64,000 nucleotides of DNA, from contig OX597818.1 of the NCBI GenBank assembly GCA_951406725.2, positions 46,314,001 through 46,378,000 of the forward strand. Direction: 5' to 3'. Shown here piece by piece: positions 63,607 through 64,000 of the stretch (the stretch's first letter is position 1; each line of letters starts with the position of its first letter). The stretch is from Octopus vulgaris (Eukaryota). Position numbers and translations under genes: made by a program. Below the pieces are notes generated by a model. The model had not been told where the DNA came from. It saw nothing but the letters and a program-made list of their open reading frames with translations, and ran no database searches.

Positions 63607-64000
63607 GGTCATGGAAGTGTGGTGAAACCATCTAATAACGACTTTGCCAGTTGGAAAAGAGAGAGACAACTGAGTAGAATGTTTGAGAGATGATTTATTG
63701 ATACGTTGGCATGTGTCTGTGTGTGCATCATGTATACAGAATAATAGACAAGCTGTCATGAGAACAAAGTGCATGGATGTATGTGTGCGCTACATATTAG
63801 AACAAAAATGAGGAAGAAAGTGAAAGAGTCTAATATGAGAAGTTAGACGAATGTTTGTAGACACAAGAAAGAAAATACCAGTTTGTTGTCAATTGTACAC
63901 GGTAGTTGAAATACTCTATCAAGAAGAGACGGTGATGCAGAGCCAGTTGCAGTATGTGTCATATGAAGTTGTGGCTGTAATGCTGCTGCCTGGCTCACTT

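Noticed and set aside
63607-64000. Extension of the Helitron ORF (DGHGSVVKP...) and downstream sequence
   Set aside because: Homology to copy 1 ends at ~63606; the remainder looks like an unrelated decayed minus-strand LINE fragment, too weak to classify

Overview
AT-rich, repeat-dense eukaryotic DNA. The tRNA-headed SINE families, (TA)n/(CA)n/(ATG)n microsatellites and RTE tails suggest a coleoid cephalopod (Octopus-like); this is an inference from recalled repeat families. One host gene was reconstructed by hand: a 13-coding-exon, + strand, six-transmembrane glycerophosphodiester phosphodiesterase of the GDE2/GDE3/GDE6 (GDPD5/GDPD2/GDPD4) type. It spans 11051-44586 with a 1641-nt CDS (546 aa), all introns are GT-AG and phase-consistent, and the catalytic HRG, ExD and HD motifs are intact. 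The rest is decayed mobile DNA. Two direct-oriented OTU-protease-bearing Helitron 5' halves bracket the gene about 60.8 kb apart, and a third, minus-strand RepHel Helitron carries four nested insertions. There are three Tc1 elements (one nearly intact, IR/DR type), a mariner, a Chapaev3-like element, a Gypsy pol fragment, a solo LTR, Penelope, HERO, RTE and CR1 fragments, several MITEs and many SINEs. The most notable oddities are coding-like sequence beyond the gene's TAA, SINE-internal microsatellites acting as expansion seeds and landing pads, permuted hammerhead-like core motifs in the HERO 3' UTR, and a clean intronic 170-nt hairpin. I found no evidence of a prokaryotic-type system (CRISPR, operon), and none of these oddities amounts to a demonstrated new system.
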